Origin: Candidatus Bipolaricaulota bacterium
GTDB taxonomy: Bacteria; Bipolaricaulota; Bipolaricaulia; UBA7950; UBA9294
Direction of reading: 5' to 3'
Length of the DNA: 64,000 nt
Assembly: GCA_040752575.1 (NCBI GenBank)
Contig: JBFMGK010000029.1
Coordinates: forward strand, 1-64,000
Of this stretch, positions 47,668-55,761 are shown piece after piece; the stretch's first letter is position 1, and each line of letters starts with the position of its first letter. The notes under the pieces were generated by a model. The model was not told the origin of the DNA. It ran no database searches and worked only from the letters and a program-made list of their open reading frames with translations. The position numbers were made by a program, and so were the translations under genes.

Positions 47668-49328
47668 TGAGTCTCCTCCTTGCTGTCCAAATGGTTCTTT
47701 GACAGATCTCCACCATGCATCGGGTGCCGATGGCCGCTCTTCTCGGCGACGCCTGTGAGGGCCGCTGCGAGGATGGCTTCCTTCGAGATCTCGTCGTGCG
47801 GGAGCTCTCCGACAATGCGTCCTTGACGAAGGACGTAGATGCGATCACACATGTCGACGAGTTCCTCGACCTCGGACGAGATGAGCAGGATTCCGGCACC
47901 TTGTTCTGCCAGCGTTCTCACCAAGCCGTAAATCTCGGACTTCGCTCCGACGTCGATGCCTCGCGTCGGTTCGTCAAACAAGAAGACCCGTGCACTCGAG
48001 CAGAGCCAACGGGCGACCACGACCTTCTGCTGATTCCCGCCGCTAAGGAACTGCACGAGCTGTCCGATTCCCGGAGTCTTGATATCTAGCGAATGGACTC
48101 GGTCCATCACCTCCTTCCTTATGCGACGTTGGTCGAGGATGATGCCCTTGCCTGCGATGCGGAACCGCGAGAATCTAGAGAGAGAGGCCAACACGACGTT
48201 GTCCCGCACGGAGGAAGAGAGCACCAGTCCATGTCCCTTCCGATCCTCCGGCAGATAGCACAGACCGGCCTGGACGGCTTGATTCGGGGATTTCACGCGC
48301 ACGGGTTTGCCTGAGACGTGCACCTGTCCCGAATCCAAGCGATCCGCCCCGAAGATGGCCCGCGCGACTTCCGTTCGCCCTGAACCCATGACGCCGGCCA
48401 GCCCGACGATCTCGCCTTGGCAGATGTGGAACGAGACGTCTTCGAAAACGCCCTTGCGGTGGAGTCCCTCCACGGCAAGGACGGGACCGCCCGTCTCGCA
48501 ACTGGGACGGCGGGCGGTCTTCTCAACTTCGTGGCCGACCATGAGCTGCACAAGTCGAGGCGTCGGCGCATCGGCGGCCTCCAACGTTTCGACACGCCGC
48601 CCGTCGCGCATGACGGTAACGCGATCGGCGATCCGGCCAACCTCCTCGAGCCGGTGGGAGATGTAGATGATCGCACAGCCTCTGTCGCGCATGCTGCGGG
48701 CCACGCGGAACAGCTCTTCGATCTCCTTGGAACTCAAGGCCGCCGTCGGCTCATCCATGATGTAGATCTCCGACTCAAGGGACAGGGCCTTCGCGATCTC
48801 CACCATCTGCTGCTTCGCAACGCCCAGCTGGCGAAGCGGCGTGATTGCCGGAATCTCGACCTGCAGCTCGCCGAGAATCTGCTCCGCGTGCTGAACCATT
48901 TGCCTGCGGCTGATCAGAGAGCGGCTGAACCACCTCGAGCCGCGCGGGATGTGCCCCAGGCAAATGTTCTCGGCGACTGAGAGGTCAGGAACAAGGTTGT
49001 ACTCCTGGTAGATGGTGGCGATGCCCAGATGCTGAGCCTCGCTCGGGCTGCGAATGTCGACCGGCTGGCCGCGAACCTCGACCGTTCCGGTGTCCTTGCG
49101 ATAGACGCCCGATAGGATCTTGATCAGCGTGGACTTGCCGGCACCATTGGCGCCCAAGAGAGCGTGGATCTCGCCCCCCCGCAAGTCGAAATCCACGCGG
49201 TCGAGGGCGATGACTCCAGGGAACTGCTTCGAGATTCCCGTCATCCTGACCAGACGCGCGCCGTTCGTCTGGGCTGGCGGCGTCTTCCGGTCAACGGGGG
49301 TCGACGCGGGATGATGAGGCCTTGTCAT
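47664..49328 (-). CDS. Sugar ABC transporter ATP-binding protein (RbsA-like, two ABC domains)
   Basis: GANGAGKST, MDEPTAAL, YISHRL, LSGGNQQKV, DEPTRGIDVGAK; ATGA overlap with GntR stop. Confidence 0.95.
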   Translation of the reverse strand: MTRPHHPASTPVDRKTPPAQTNGARLVRMTGISKQFPGVIALDRVDFDLRGGEIHALLGANGAGKSTLIKILSGVYRKDTGTVEVRGQPVDIRSPSEAQHLGIATIYQEYNLVPDLSVAENICLGHIPRGSRWFSRSLISRRQMVQHAEQILGELQVEIPAITPLRQLGVAKQQMVEIAKALSLESEIYIMDEPTAALSSKEIEELFRVARSMRDRGCAIIYISHRLEEVGRIADRVTVMRDGRRVETLEAADAPTPRLVQLMVGHEVEKTARRPSCETGGPVLAVEGLHRKGVFEDVSFHICQGEIVGLAGVMGSGRTEVARAIFGADRLDSGQVHVSGKPVRVKSPNQAVQAGLCYLPEDRKGHGLVLSSSVRDNVVLASLSRFSRFRIAGKGIILDQRRIRKEVMDRVHSLDIKTPGIGQLVQFLSGGNQQKVVVARWLCSSARVFLFDEPTRGIDVGAKSEIYGLVRTLAEQGAGILLISSEVEELVDMCDRIYVLRQGRIVGELPHDEISKEAILAAALTGVAEKSGHRHPMHGGDLSKNHLDSKEETQ

Positions 49329-50176
49329 CGCGTAGGTCTTCCTTTCAGGACAGATGCCGCCTGTGCCGGGGCTCGGACTCCGTCCCGGCGGACCGTATTC
49401 GAGAAGGTGACGCACTCCCTAACGTACGACGACATGTATTCCAGCGGTGTCGCCTCGCCGCGCACAAACGTGAGCCCGGTGAACAGCAGGACGGGGCTGA
49501 AAACCGGGACGCCGAGAAGGTCTCCGACGGTCTGATCGACGAGTTCTTGCGCGCTGATTTTGCGTTCGGAGCGTTCGATCGTGAACCCGTAGACCTGCTC
49601 CAGGGTGGCGTATAGGCTGCCTTGAACGAAGGTCTCCTTGGTGAAGTTGCGGAATCGATCGGCGGGAAGGTAGGAATCGCAGACCATAACTGGAAGGTCG
49701 TTGACGAAGCGAAGGCGGCGGAAGTACAGGATAGGAGCCTCCGCCGGGAGCGCGAGGAGACCGGCGACCGTCGGATTCCCCGGACCAACCCTCCGCTCGA
49801 TGAACTGCGTCTTCAGCTTGGCGTCGGGCGGAAACTGCTCCGTGAGGCTGAGGTTATCGCTCAGCAGGGCCAAGCTGCCCAACTGCTCGTTGTGGATGAA
49901 CGTCCCGCGGCCCCTTTCGCGGCTGAGCCATCCGCGAGTGACAAGTTCTTCGACGGCGCGGTTTGCCGTGGGTCGGCTGACGCCGAACGTCGTGGCAATG
50001 GCTTCTTCGGACGGGAATCGCTCCCCCTGCTCGAGACCGGTCTGCTCGATGAACCGTTTGAGGAACCGATAGAGCTGATAGTAGAGCGGAATCGACGAGT
50101 CTGCGGCGAGCAACGAGCGCTCACTCGCAGCGTAACGGTTCAGCGCCGCCTCGATTTCGCTTCCGTCTCTTGGCAT
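49325..50176 (-). CDS. GntR family regulator, HutC/UTRA subfamily (copy 2)
   Basis: IPLYYQLY, FPSEEAI, VSRPTANRAVEEL, RGRGTF; clear paralog of 35855-36688. Confidence 0.9.
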   Translation of the reverse strand: MPRDGSEIEAALNRYAASERSLLAADSSIPLYYQLYRFLKRFIEQTGLEQGERFPSEEAIATTFGVSRPTANRAVEELVTRGWLSRERGRGTFIHNEQLGSLALLSDNLSLTEQFPPDAKLKTQFIERRVGPGNPTVAGLLALPAEAPILYFRRLRFVNDLPVMVCDSYLPADRFRNFTKETFVQGSLYATLEQVYGFTIERSERKISAQELVDQTVGDLLGVPVFSPVLLFTGLTFVRGEATPLEYMSSYVRECVTFSNTVRRDGVRAPAQAASVLKGRPTR

Positions 50177-50253
50177 GCGAATCCCTTCGCCTAGTACGTC
50201 CTGTCGGAATCCCAGAGCACGAAGGCTTGGCCCGCGTCGCCCGAGGTCCGGAT

Positions 50254-50282
50254 ACTATATCGCCAGAGCAAGCGCATGTCAA
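50254..50282 (-). promoter_or_regulatory. Sigma70 promoter of leftward operon
   Basis: Minus TTGACA (50282-50277)-N17-TATAGT (50259-50254). Confidence 0.8.
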
Positions 50283-50304
50283 GACGTAAGCAGAAGCGTA
50301 CAAC

Positions 50305-50333
50305 TTGACAGGTCGAAGAGAGGGTGATATCGT
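50305..50333 (+). promoter_or_regulatory. Sigma70 promoter of rightward operon
   Basis: TTGACA-N17-TATCGT with extended -10 TGn. Confidence 0.75.
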
Positions 50334-50392
50334 TGGCGGGCCGTCGGTCGCAGCGAGGGCGGCGAGCCGAGGCGAAAGGCAGGGAACGTGCG

Positions 50393-51103
50393 ATGCTGAT
50401 CCAGTTCTCCTACCCGCTGGACGAGGCGAGCGTCGTGATGCCCAGCGGGGTGCGTGGGCCCGAGCTCCGGCCTCGGTCTCGAATGACCCCGCCGCCGGGG
50501 AGCGATGCGCCGGCCGACGTGCGGTGGAACTCGTACAACAACACCAGCTTCGTCGACGCCTTCGTCCACACGGGGACTCACGTCGACACGGCATTCCACG
50601 TCGCGAAGGTAGGCCCCAAACTTGGGGACTTCGCGATCGATGATTTCGTGTTCGAACACCCGTTGCTGATCGAGATCGCCAAGCGGGACGAGGAGGAGAT
50701 CCTCGTCGAGGACCTGAGGCCTTATGAGAAGCAGCTGCAGCAGGCCGACCTCCTCCTGGTGCATACGGGATTCTCGCGCTACCGCAAGACGGACCCGGAG
50801 CGCTACATGATGAAGCAGCCCGGATTCTCGCTGGCGGCGGCGCAGTACCTTGTGAAGCAGCCCAGACTGCGCTGCACCGGGGCGGACACAATGGGGATCG
50901 AGAACATCCCGCGCGGACGCGCGGCCACGCCGCCTTTCCCCGTGCACACGGCCTTCATGTTGTCTGGACGAAAGTTCCTCGTACTCGAGGATCCGAACAC
51001 CGAGCCGCTCGTGGGGAGGAAGCTTTCGCGTGCGTTTGTGATCCCGCTGTTGTTTCCTGAGGCGGAAGCGATGATGGTAACCGCATTTGCCGAGGCCGCG
51101 TAG
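50393..51103 (+). CDS. Cyclase / kynurenine formamidase family metallohydrolase
   Basis: HTGTHVDTAFH motif; LLVHTG; PGFS..AA.YL; GAD. Confidence 0.88.
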   Translation: MLIQFSYPLDEASVVMPSGVRGPELRPRSRMTPPPGSDAPADVRWNSYNNTSFVDAFVHTGTHVDTAFHVAKVGPKLGDFAIDDFVFEHPLLIEIAKRDEEEILVEDLRPYEKQLQQADLLLVHTGFSRYRKTDPERYMMKQPGFSLAAAQYLVKQPRLRCTGADTMGIENIPRGRAATPPFPVHTAFMLSGRKFLVLEDPNTEPLVGRKLSRAFVIPLLFPEAEAMMVTAFAEAA

Positions 51104-51113
51104 GGAGGATGGG

Positions 51114-51485
51114 ATGAACGTAGAGCACATCGGGCTGTATGCCGGGGACTCGGCGGCGCTCGCGGCGTGGTACGAGGACGTGCTCGGGCTTCGCGTCGTG
51201 AACCGAATCGAGAAACCGGGGCGTCCTCCGGTGGTGTTCCTGCAGGGAGCGGGGGGCGCGGTGCTGGAGATCCTGCCGACGACGGCGGGAGCCGAGCCAA
51301 GCGGCGAGGTGGAACGACGCGGGTTCACGCACCTGGGGATCCCCGTGGAAGACTTCGAGACGCAGCGAGGACACCTGGCCACGCGCGGCGTCGACGTCTG
51401 GGGCGTCCGCACGACGAGCAACGGCTGGACGATCGGCTACTTCCGCGATCCGGAAGGCAACGTGCTTGAGCTGATCCAGCGGTAG
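51114..51485 (+). CDS. VOC (glyoxalase) family protein
   Basis: EHIGL, WYEDVLG, LEI, HLGIPVED, YFRDPEGNVLEL. Confidence 0.9.
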   Translation: MNVEHIGLYAGDSAALAAWYEDVLGLRVVNRIEKPGRPPVVFLQGAGGAVLEILPTTAGAEPSGEVERRGFTHLGIPVEDFETQRGHLATRGVDVWGVRTTSNGWTIGYFRDPEGNVLELIQR

Positions 51486-51492
51486 GAGTTCG

Positions 51493-51771
51493 ATGGACGT
51501 TCTCGCGGGCAGATTGGTGGTGTGGCCGGACCGGTGCCGCGGGTGCCGGAGCTGCCAGTTGGCGTGTTCGTTCCGCCGCACGGGAGAGTACAACCCGAGC
51601 CGTAGCTGCATCGAACTGGAGCGGGACCTTGAGACGGAAAAGACGGCGCCGATGATCCGGACGCTGTCATGCGATCTCTGCGGCGGTCGTCCGGCGTGCG
51701 TTGAGGCTTGCACGTACGGGGCTCTGACCTGGGAACCGCTGCCGCGGATCGAGATACGCAGGGGCATGTAG
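51493..51771 (+). CDS. Small 4Fe-4S ferredoxin-like subunit of the adjacent oxidoreductase
   Basis: CRGCRSCQLAC and CDLCGGRPACVEACTYGAL. Confidence 0.88.
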   Translation: MDVLAGRLVVWPDRCRGCRSCQLACSFRRTGEYNPSRSCIELERDLETEKTAPMIRTLSCDLCGGRPACVEACTYGALTWEPLPRIEIRRGM

Positions 51772-51780
51772 GGAGCGACG

Positions 51781-53781
51781 TTGAGCGCTTGGATGGACAG
51801 GACATGGATCGTCGACCTTTCCGCGGAGCGGTTCTGGGTTGAGGAAGCACCGCTCGCGGACGTTGCGCCGTACCTCGGGGGCTCCGGGTGGGGATGGCGC
51901 AAAGTTGCCGAGAACCTCCCACCGCGCGTCGACCCGTATGCGCCGGAGAATGTCGTCGCGCTGAACCCCGGACTGCTTGTCGGAACGAGAACGGTGGGAT
52001 CTCCCAAACTGACGGCGATCACGAAGTTCCCGACCGTCGCCTCGCCGGATGGACGACACTACATCGGCTCGTGCACGAGCGGCGGGCGGTACTTTGCACC
52101 GGCGATGCGGCAAGCGGGCTGCGACCGTCTGCTGATCGTCGGCCGCGCTGCGCGGCCGGTGGTGCTGGCGATTCGCGACGGCGGCGTGACGATCGAAGAC
52201 GCGGGAGATCTCTGGGGGCGCGGCATCGACGAGGTGTCGCGGCGGCTGATCGCGCGCGAAGGCCCCGAGGCGGGCGTTCTCGCCATCGGGACAGGCGGAG
52301 AGAAGCTCGTCCGCAACGCCCTGGCGATCATCGACCGGACCAACTCGCTGGGACGCGGGGGACTGGGTGCCGTCCTTGGCTCCAAGAACGTCAAGGCGGT
52401 TGTGGCGCGCGGTACGGGCGGCCTTCGGGCGGCCGACCCGGCGCGCTACGACGCGGTCTCCAACGAGCTGATCGCCCGCGTCACATCGTGGCCGCGGCGG
52501 GCGCACTGGATCAAACTCGGGCTCGCCGCAGGCTGGGACACCTTCAAACACACCCAGAATCCCGGCATGTGGCCCAAGGATCGATGGGACGAGCTCTACG
52601 GCGAGGCCAAGCGGATGGAGTCGCTTCGCGCCGTGATTGCCTGCGCAAGTTGTCCCCTGAGCTGCCGGCTGCGCTGGGAGATCCCGGGCGGGGAGTTCGA
52701 CGGCGAGACGGGGCTAGGCTCGCCGTACAGCAAGAGCGCTACGTCGGGACAACTCCTTGGCATCGAGGACGACCGCAAGATGATCCACCTGGTGACTCAG
52801 GCCAACGCGTTCACGGGGATCGACTTCTATACGACGACGCGGATCATCGACTTCCTGACGAAGATGGCCGACGACGGGCGCATCGCGCACGAGCAAGACG
52901 GAGTCGTCCTGAGCCGCGACTACGCAACGATTGCCAAGCTGTTTCGGATGACCGCCGACCGGGAAGGTATTGGGGATGTGATCGCTGACGGGTGGTACCG
53001 CGTGCAGCGGGAGTTCGGGCTCGCCCCCGATGAGTACTGGTACGCCGGCGTCTGCAAAGGCGTCGACTTCATCTACGATGCCCGACCGTCGCGCTTCCAC
53101 CCGCTCATGATGACGTTCTTGACGCGTCCGCGTCCCCACCACGGCGGGTCGCACACGCGCACCAACTCCCGCAACAAGACGATCGAGGAGTTCCGAGAGC
53201 AGATCGAACACTGGGGACTCCCGACGGAGGTGGTGGATCGCATCTTCACCGCGACGCCGTACGCCGGGCGATTCAACGTCGGACGCTACACGAGCCACAT
53301 GGAAGACATGATGCGCGTCAAGAACGCGCTCGGGATGTGCACGATCTACACGTACCAGGCGCTGGTGTTTGGGGACGACATGGCGCGTCTGTACAGCGCG
53401 ATGACTGGCGACGAGATCGGGCCGGGCGAGCTCATCGCGCGCGGGGAGCGGATCAGCAATCTCGCCAAGCTGCTCAATGTGCGCGAGGGATTCACGCGTG
53501 TCGAAGACCGCGCGCCCGAGGTCTGGTTCCGCCCGATGCATGCCCCCGAAGGGACGATCGAAATGGAGGACTACTTCCAGACGAAGGTCGTCACGCGCGA
53601 GGACGTAGATCGGATGCTCGACGACTACTACGACGAACGGGGGTGGACGCAAGAGGAAGGAATCCCGTCGCCCGCGACGCTGGAGCGTTTCGGGCTGGAT
53701 GAATTGAGCGGGGCTGAGGGTTCGGCCCCCGACGGCAAGACAACGACGAAACCCAAAACCCCAAGGAGGACCAAGCGATGA
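51781..53781 (+). CDS. Divergent tungsten aldehyde oxidoreductase (AOR/WOR family)
   Basis: YLGGSG, GRGGLGAVLGSKNVKA, CASCPLSC, NALGMC, YYDERGW; GPEYE motif replaced by GSPYS. Confidence 0.88.
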   Translation: MSAWMDRTWIVDLSAERFWVEEAPLADVAPYLGGSGWGWRKVAENLPPRVDPYAPENVVALNPGLLVGTRTVGSPKLTAITKFPTVASPDGRHYIGSCTSGGRYFAPAMRQAGCDRLLIVGRAARPVVLAIRDGGVTIEDAGDLWGRGIDEVSRRLIAREGPEAGVLAIGTGGEKLVRNALAIIDRTNSLGRGGLGAVLGSKNVKAVVARGTGGLRAADPARYDAVSNELIARVTSWPRRAHWIKLGLAAGWDTFKHTQNPGMWPKDRWDELYGEAKRMESLRAVIACASCPLSCRLRWEIPGGEFDGETGLGSPYSKSATSGQLLGIEDDRKMIHLVTQANAFTGIDFYTTTRIIDFLTKMADDGRIAHEQDGVVLSRDYATIAKLFRMTADREGIGDVIADGWYRVQREFGLAPDEYWYAGVCKGVDFIYDARPSRFHPLMMTFLTRPRPHHGGSHTRTNSRNKTIEEFREQIEHWGLPTEVVDRIFTATPYAGRFNVGRYTSHMEDMMRVKNALGMCTIYTYQALVFGDDMARLYSAMTGDEIGPGELIARGERISNLAKLLNVREGFTRVEDRAPEVWFRPMHAPEGTIEMEDYFQTKVVTREDVDRMLDDYYDERGWTQEEGIPSPATLERFGLDELSGAEGSAPDGKTTTKPKTPRRTKR

Positions 53782-54662
53782 AGTTTGAACTGACGGGTGT
53801 TATCCCCCCGCTGCTGACGGCGTTCAAGGAGAACGGCGACTACGACCCAGCGGCCCAAAAGGAGATTGTCTCGTTCCTTGTCGACCGCGTACAGGGGTTC
53901 TACATCTGTGGTACGTACGGGTCGGGCCCGCTGATGACCTCGGAAGAGCGCAAGCAAGTCACCGAGGACATCATCCGGCAGGTGGCGGGGAAGATCCCGG
54001 TCATTGTCCACGTGGGAGGATGCTCGACCCGTTCGGTCGTCGATCTTGCGAAGCACGCGCAATCTGCCGGGGCGCCGGCGGTGGCCGCCGTGCCCCCGAC
54101 CTACTACGGGTTCAACGACGACGCCGTCGAGCGACACTTCGCGGAACTGGTCAAGGCCGTCACGATTCCCGTGTTCGTCTACAACAACCCCAAGACGACG
54201 GGGGTCTCCGTGACGCCGAGCCTCTTGAAGCGGTTGGTCGACGTTGGAGTCCAGGGATTGAAGGACTCGAGCTTCGACACGATCACCTTCTGGCGGCTGA
54301 TGTGGGCCGTGAACAAGCCTGGATTCATCCCGGTCATTGGAACCGAAGCGCTGATTCTCCCCTCGGTGGGTATGGGGGCGCATGCGGCGGTTTGCGGACT
54401 CGCCAACGCGATCCCCGAGCCCGTGCTCGAGCTGTTCAACGCCTGCAAATCGGCTGACCTCAAGAAGGCTGGCGAACTGCAGGACAAGGTCGCGCGGATG
54501 CGGGACGTCATGCACTATGCGCCCACCCTGCCGATGATCCAGGCCATCCTGCGCGAGCGGGGCGTCAACGCAGGCTACGCGCGGCTCCCGTTCGTCCTGC
54601 CGGACAAGTCGACCGTCGAAAAGGCGAAGGCCGCGTTCAAGGCCCTCGGCGTCAAGCTCTAG
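53778..54662 (+). CDS. DHDPS/NAL family class I aldolase or dehydratase
   Basis: GVIPPLLTAF, CGTYGSG, YNNP, GLKDSS (Schiff Lys). Confidence 0.9.
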   Translation: MKFELTGVIPPLLTAFKENGDYDPAAQKEIVSFLVDRVQGFYICGTYGSGPLMTSEERKQVTEDIIRQVAGKIPVIVHVGGCSTRSVVDLAKHAQSAGAPAVAAVPPTYYGFNDDAVERHFAELVKAVTIPVFVYNNPKTTGVSVTPSLLKRLVDVGVQGLKDSSFDTITFWRLMWAVNKPGFIPVIGTEALILPSVGMGAHAAVCGLANAIPEPVLELFNACKSADLKKAGELQDKVARMRDVMHYAPTLPMIQAILRERGVNAGYARLPFVLPDKSTVEKAKAAFKALGVKL

Positions 54663-54671
54663 GAGGCGAGG

Positions 54672-55664
54672 GTGCGCATTGCGCTCGTCAGCTCCCGATC
54701 GTTCGGCCAGGTCGTGTCGATCGGCGAGGAGCTGCTTTCGAGGGGGGGATTCGACATCCGGCGGGTGCCCGATTCGGAGCGCCCGCTGGATGCCCCCAAG
54801 TTGGCGCGGCTCGTCGCCCGAGAGCGCCCCGCTGCACTGATCGCCGGAGCCGAACCGGTTCCGCGCGAGGTGCTGGAAGCGAGTCCAACCCTCCGTCTTG
54901 TTCAGAAACACGGCGTCGGTGTCGACAACATCGACCTGGAAGCGGCGACGAGGGCCGGGATCGCGGTGACCAACGCGCCGGGGACCAATACCGAGGCCGT
55001 GGCTGACCTCGCCGTAGGTTTCATGCTTGCCCTGTTGCGCCAGATCGCGCCGGCTTCCGCGTCGACGCGAGCCGGGAAGTGGGATCGATATATGGGGCGG
55101 GAACTCGGCCGTCTCACGGTGGGCGTCATCGGCACGGGGCGCATCGGTCGCGCCGTGATCCGTCGGCTGAGTGGGTTCGGCTCCGCGGTGCTGGCCTACG
55201 ACGTAATCCAGGACTGGTCGCTTGTCGCGGCTCACGGCGTTCGCTACGCCGAACTCGAGGAGGTCCTCGAAGCGTCGGACGTCGTCACGCTGCACATCCC
55301 CCTCATGGACGAGACACGCGAGATGATCGGCCCGCAGGAGCTCCAGCGCATGAAGCCCACGGCCTATCTGATCAACATCGCTCGCGGCGAGCTCGTCAAC
55401 GAGCGAGCACTGGCCGAGCATCTTGCCGCGGGGCGGATTGCCGGGGCCGGAGTCGATGTGTTCTCGACGGAGCCGCCGCAGAAGAGCCCGCTCTTGAGCC
55501 TGCCCAATGTCCTGGCAACGCCGCACATCGGCGCGTACACGGAGGAGGCCATGGAAGCGATGGACCGCATGTGCGCGGAGACGGTCGTGTCGATGTTCTC
55601 TGGAGGCCCGCCGGAAAGGGTTGTGAACCCCGACGTGCTCGAGCGGTGGTCGCCCCTGACCTAG
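54672..55664 (+). CDS. D-2-hydroxyacid dehydrogenase (SerA-like, no ACT domain)
   Basis: GVGVDNID, GTGRIG, INIARG, DVFSTEP, TPHIG. Confidence 0.92.
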   Translation: MRIALVSSRSFGQVVSIGEELLSRGGFDIRRVPDSERPLDAPKLARLVARERPAALIAGAEPVPREVLEASPTLRLVQKHGVGVDNIDLEAATRAGIAVTNAPGTNTEAVADLAVGFMLALLRQIAPASASTRAGKWDRYMGRELGRLTVGVIGTGRIGRAVIRRLSGFGSAVLAYDVIQDWSLVAAHGVRYAELEEVLEASDVVTLHIPLMDETREMIGPQELQRMKPTAYLINIARGELVNERALAEHLAAGRIAGAGVDVFSTEPPQKSPLLSLPNVLATPHIGAYTEEAMEAMDRMCAETVVSMFSGGPPERVVNPDVLERWSPLT

Positions 55665-55761
55665 TTGGCGGAGCGCGGCGCAGGCGCTGCTGGAAGCCTT
55701 CGTGGGACTGCGATACAGTGAATAGACAGCTGGGACCTGGCAGGATGAAGGAGGCCTTGGG

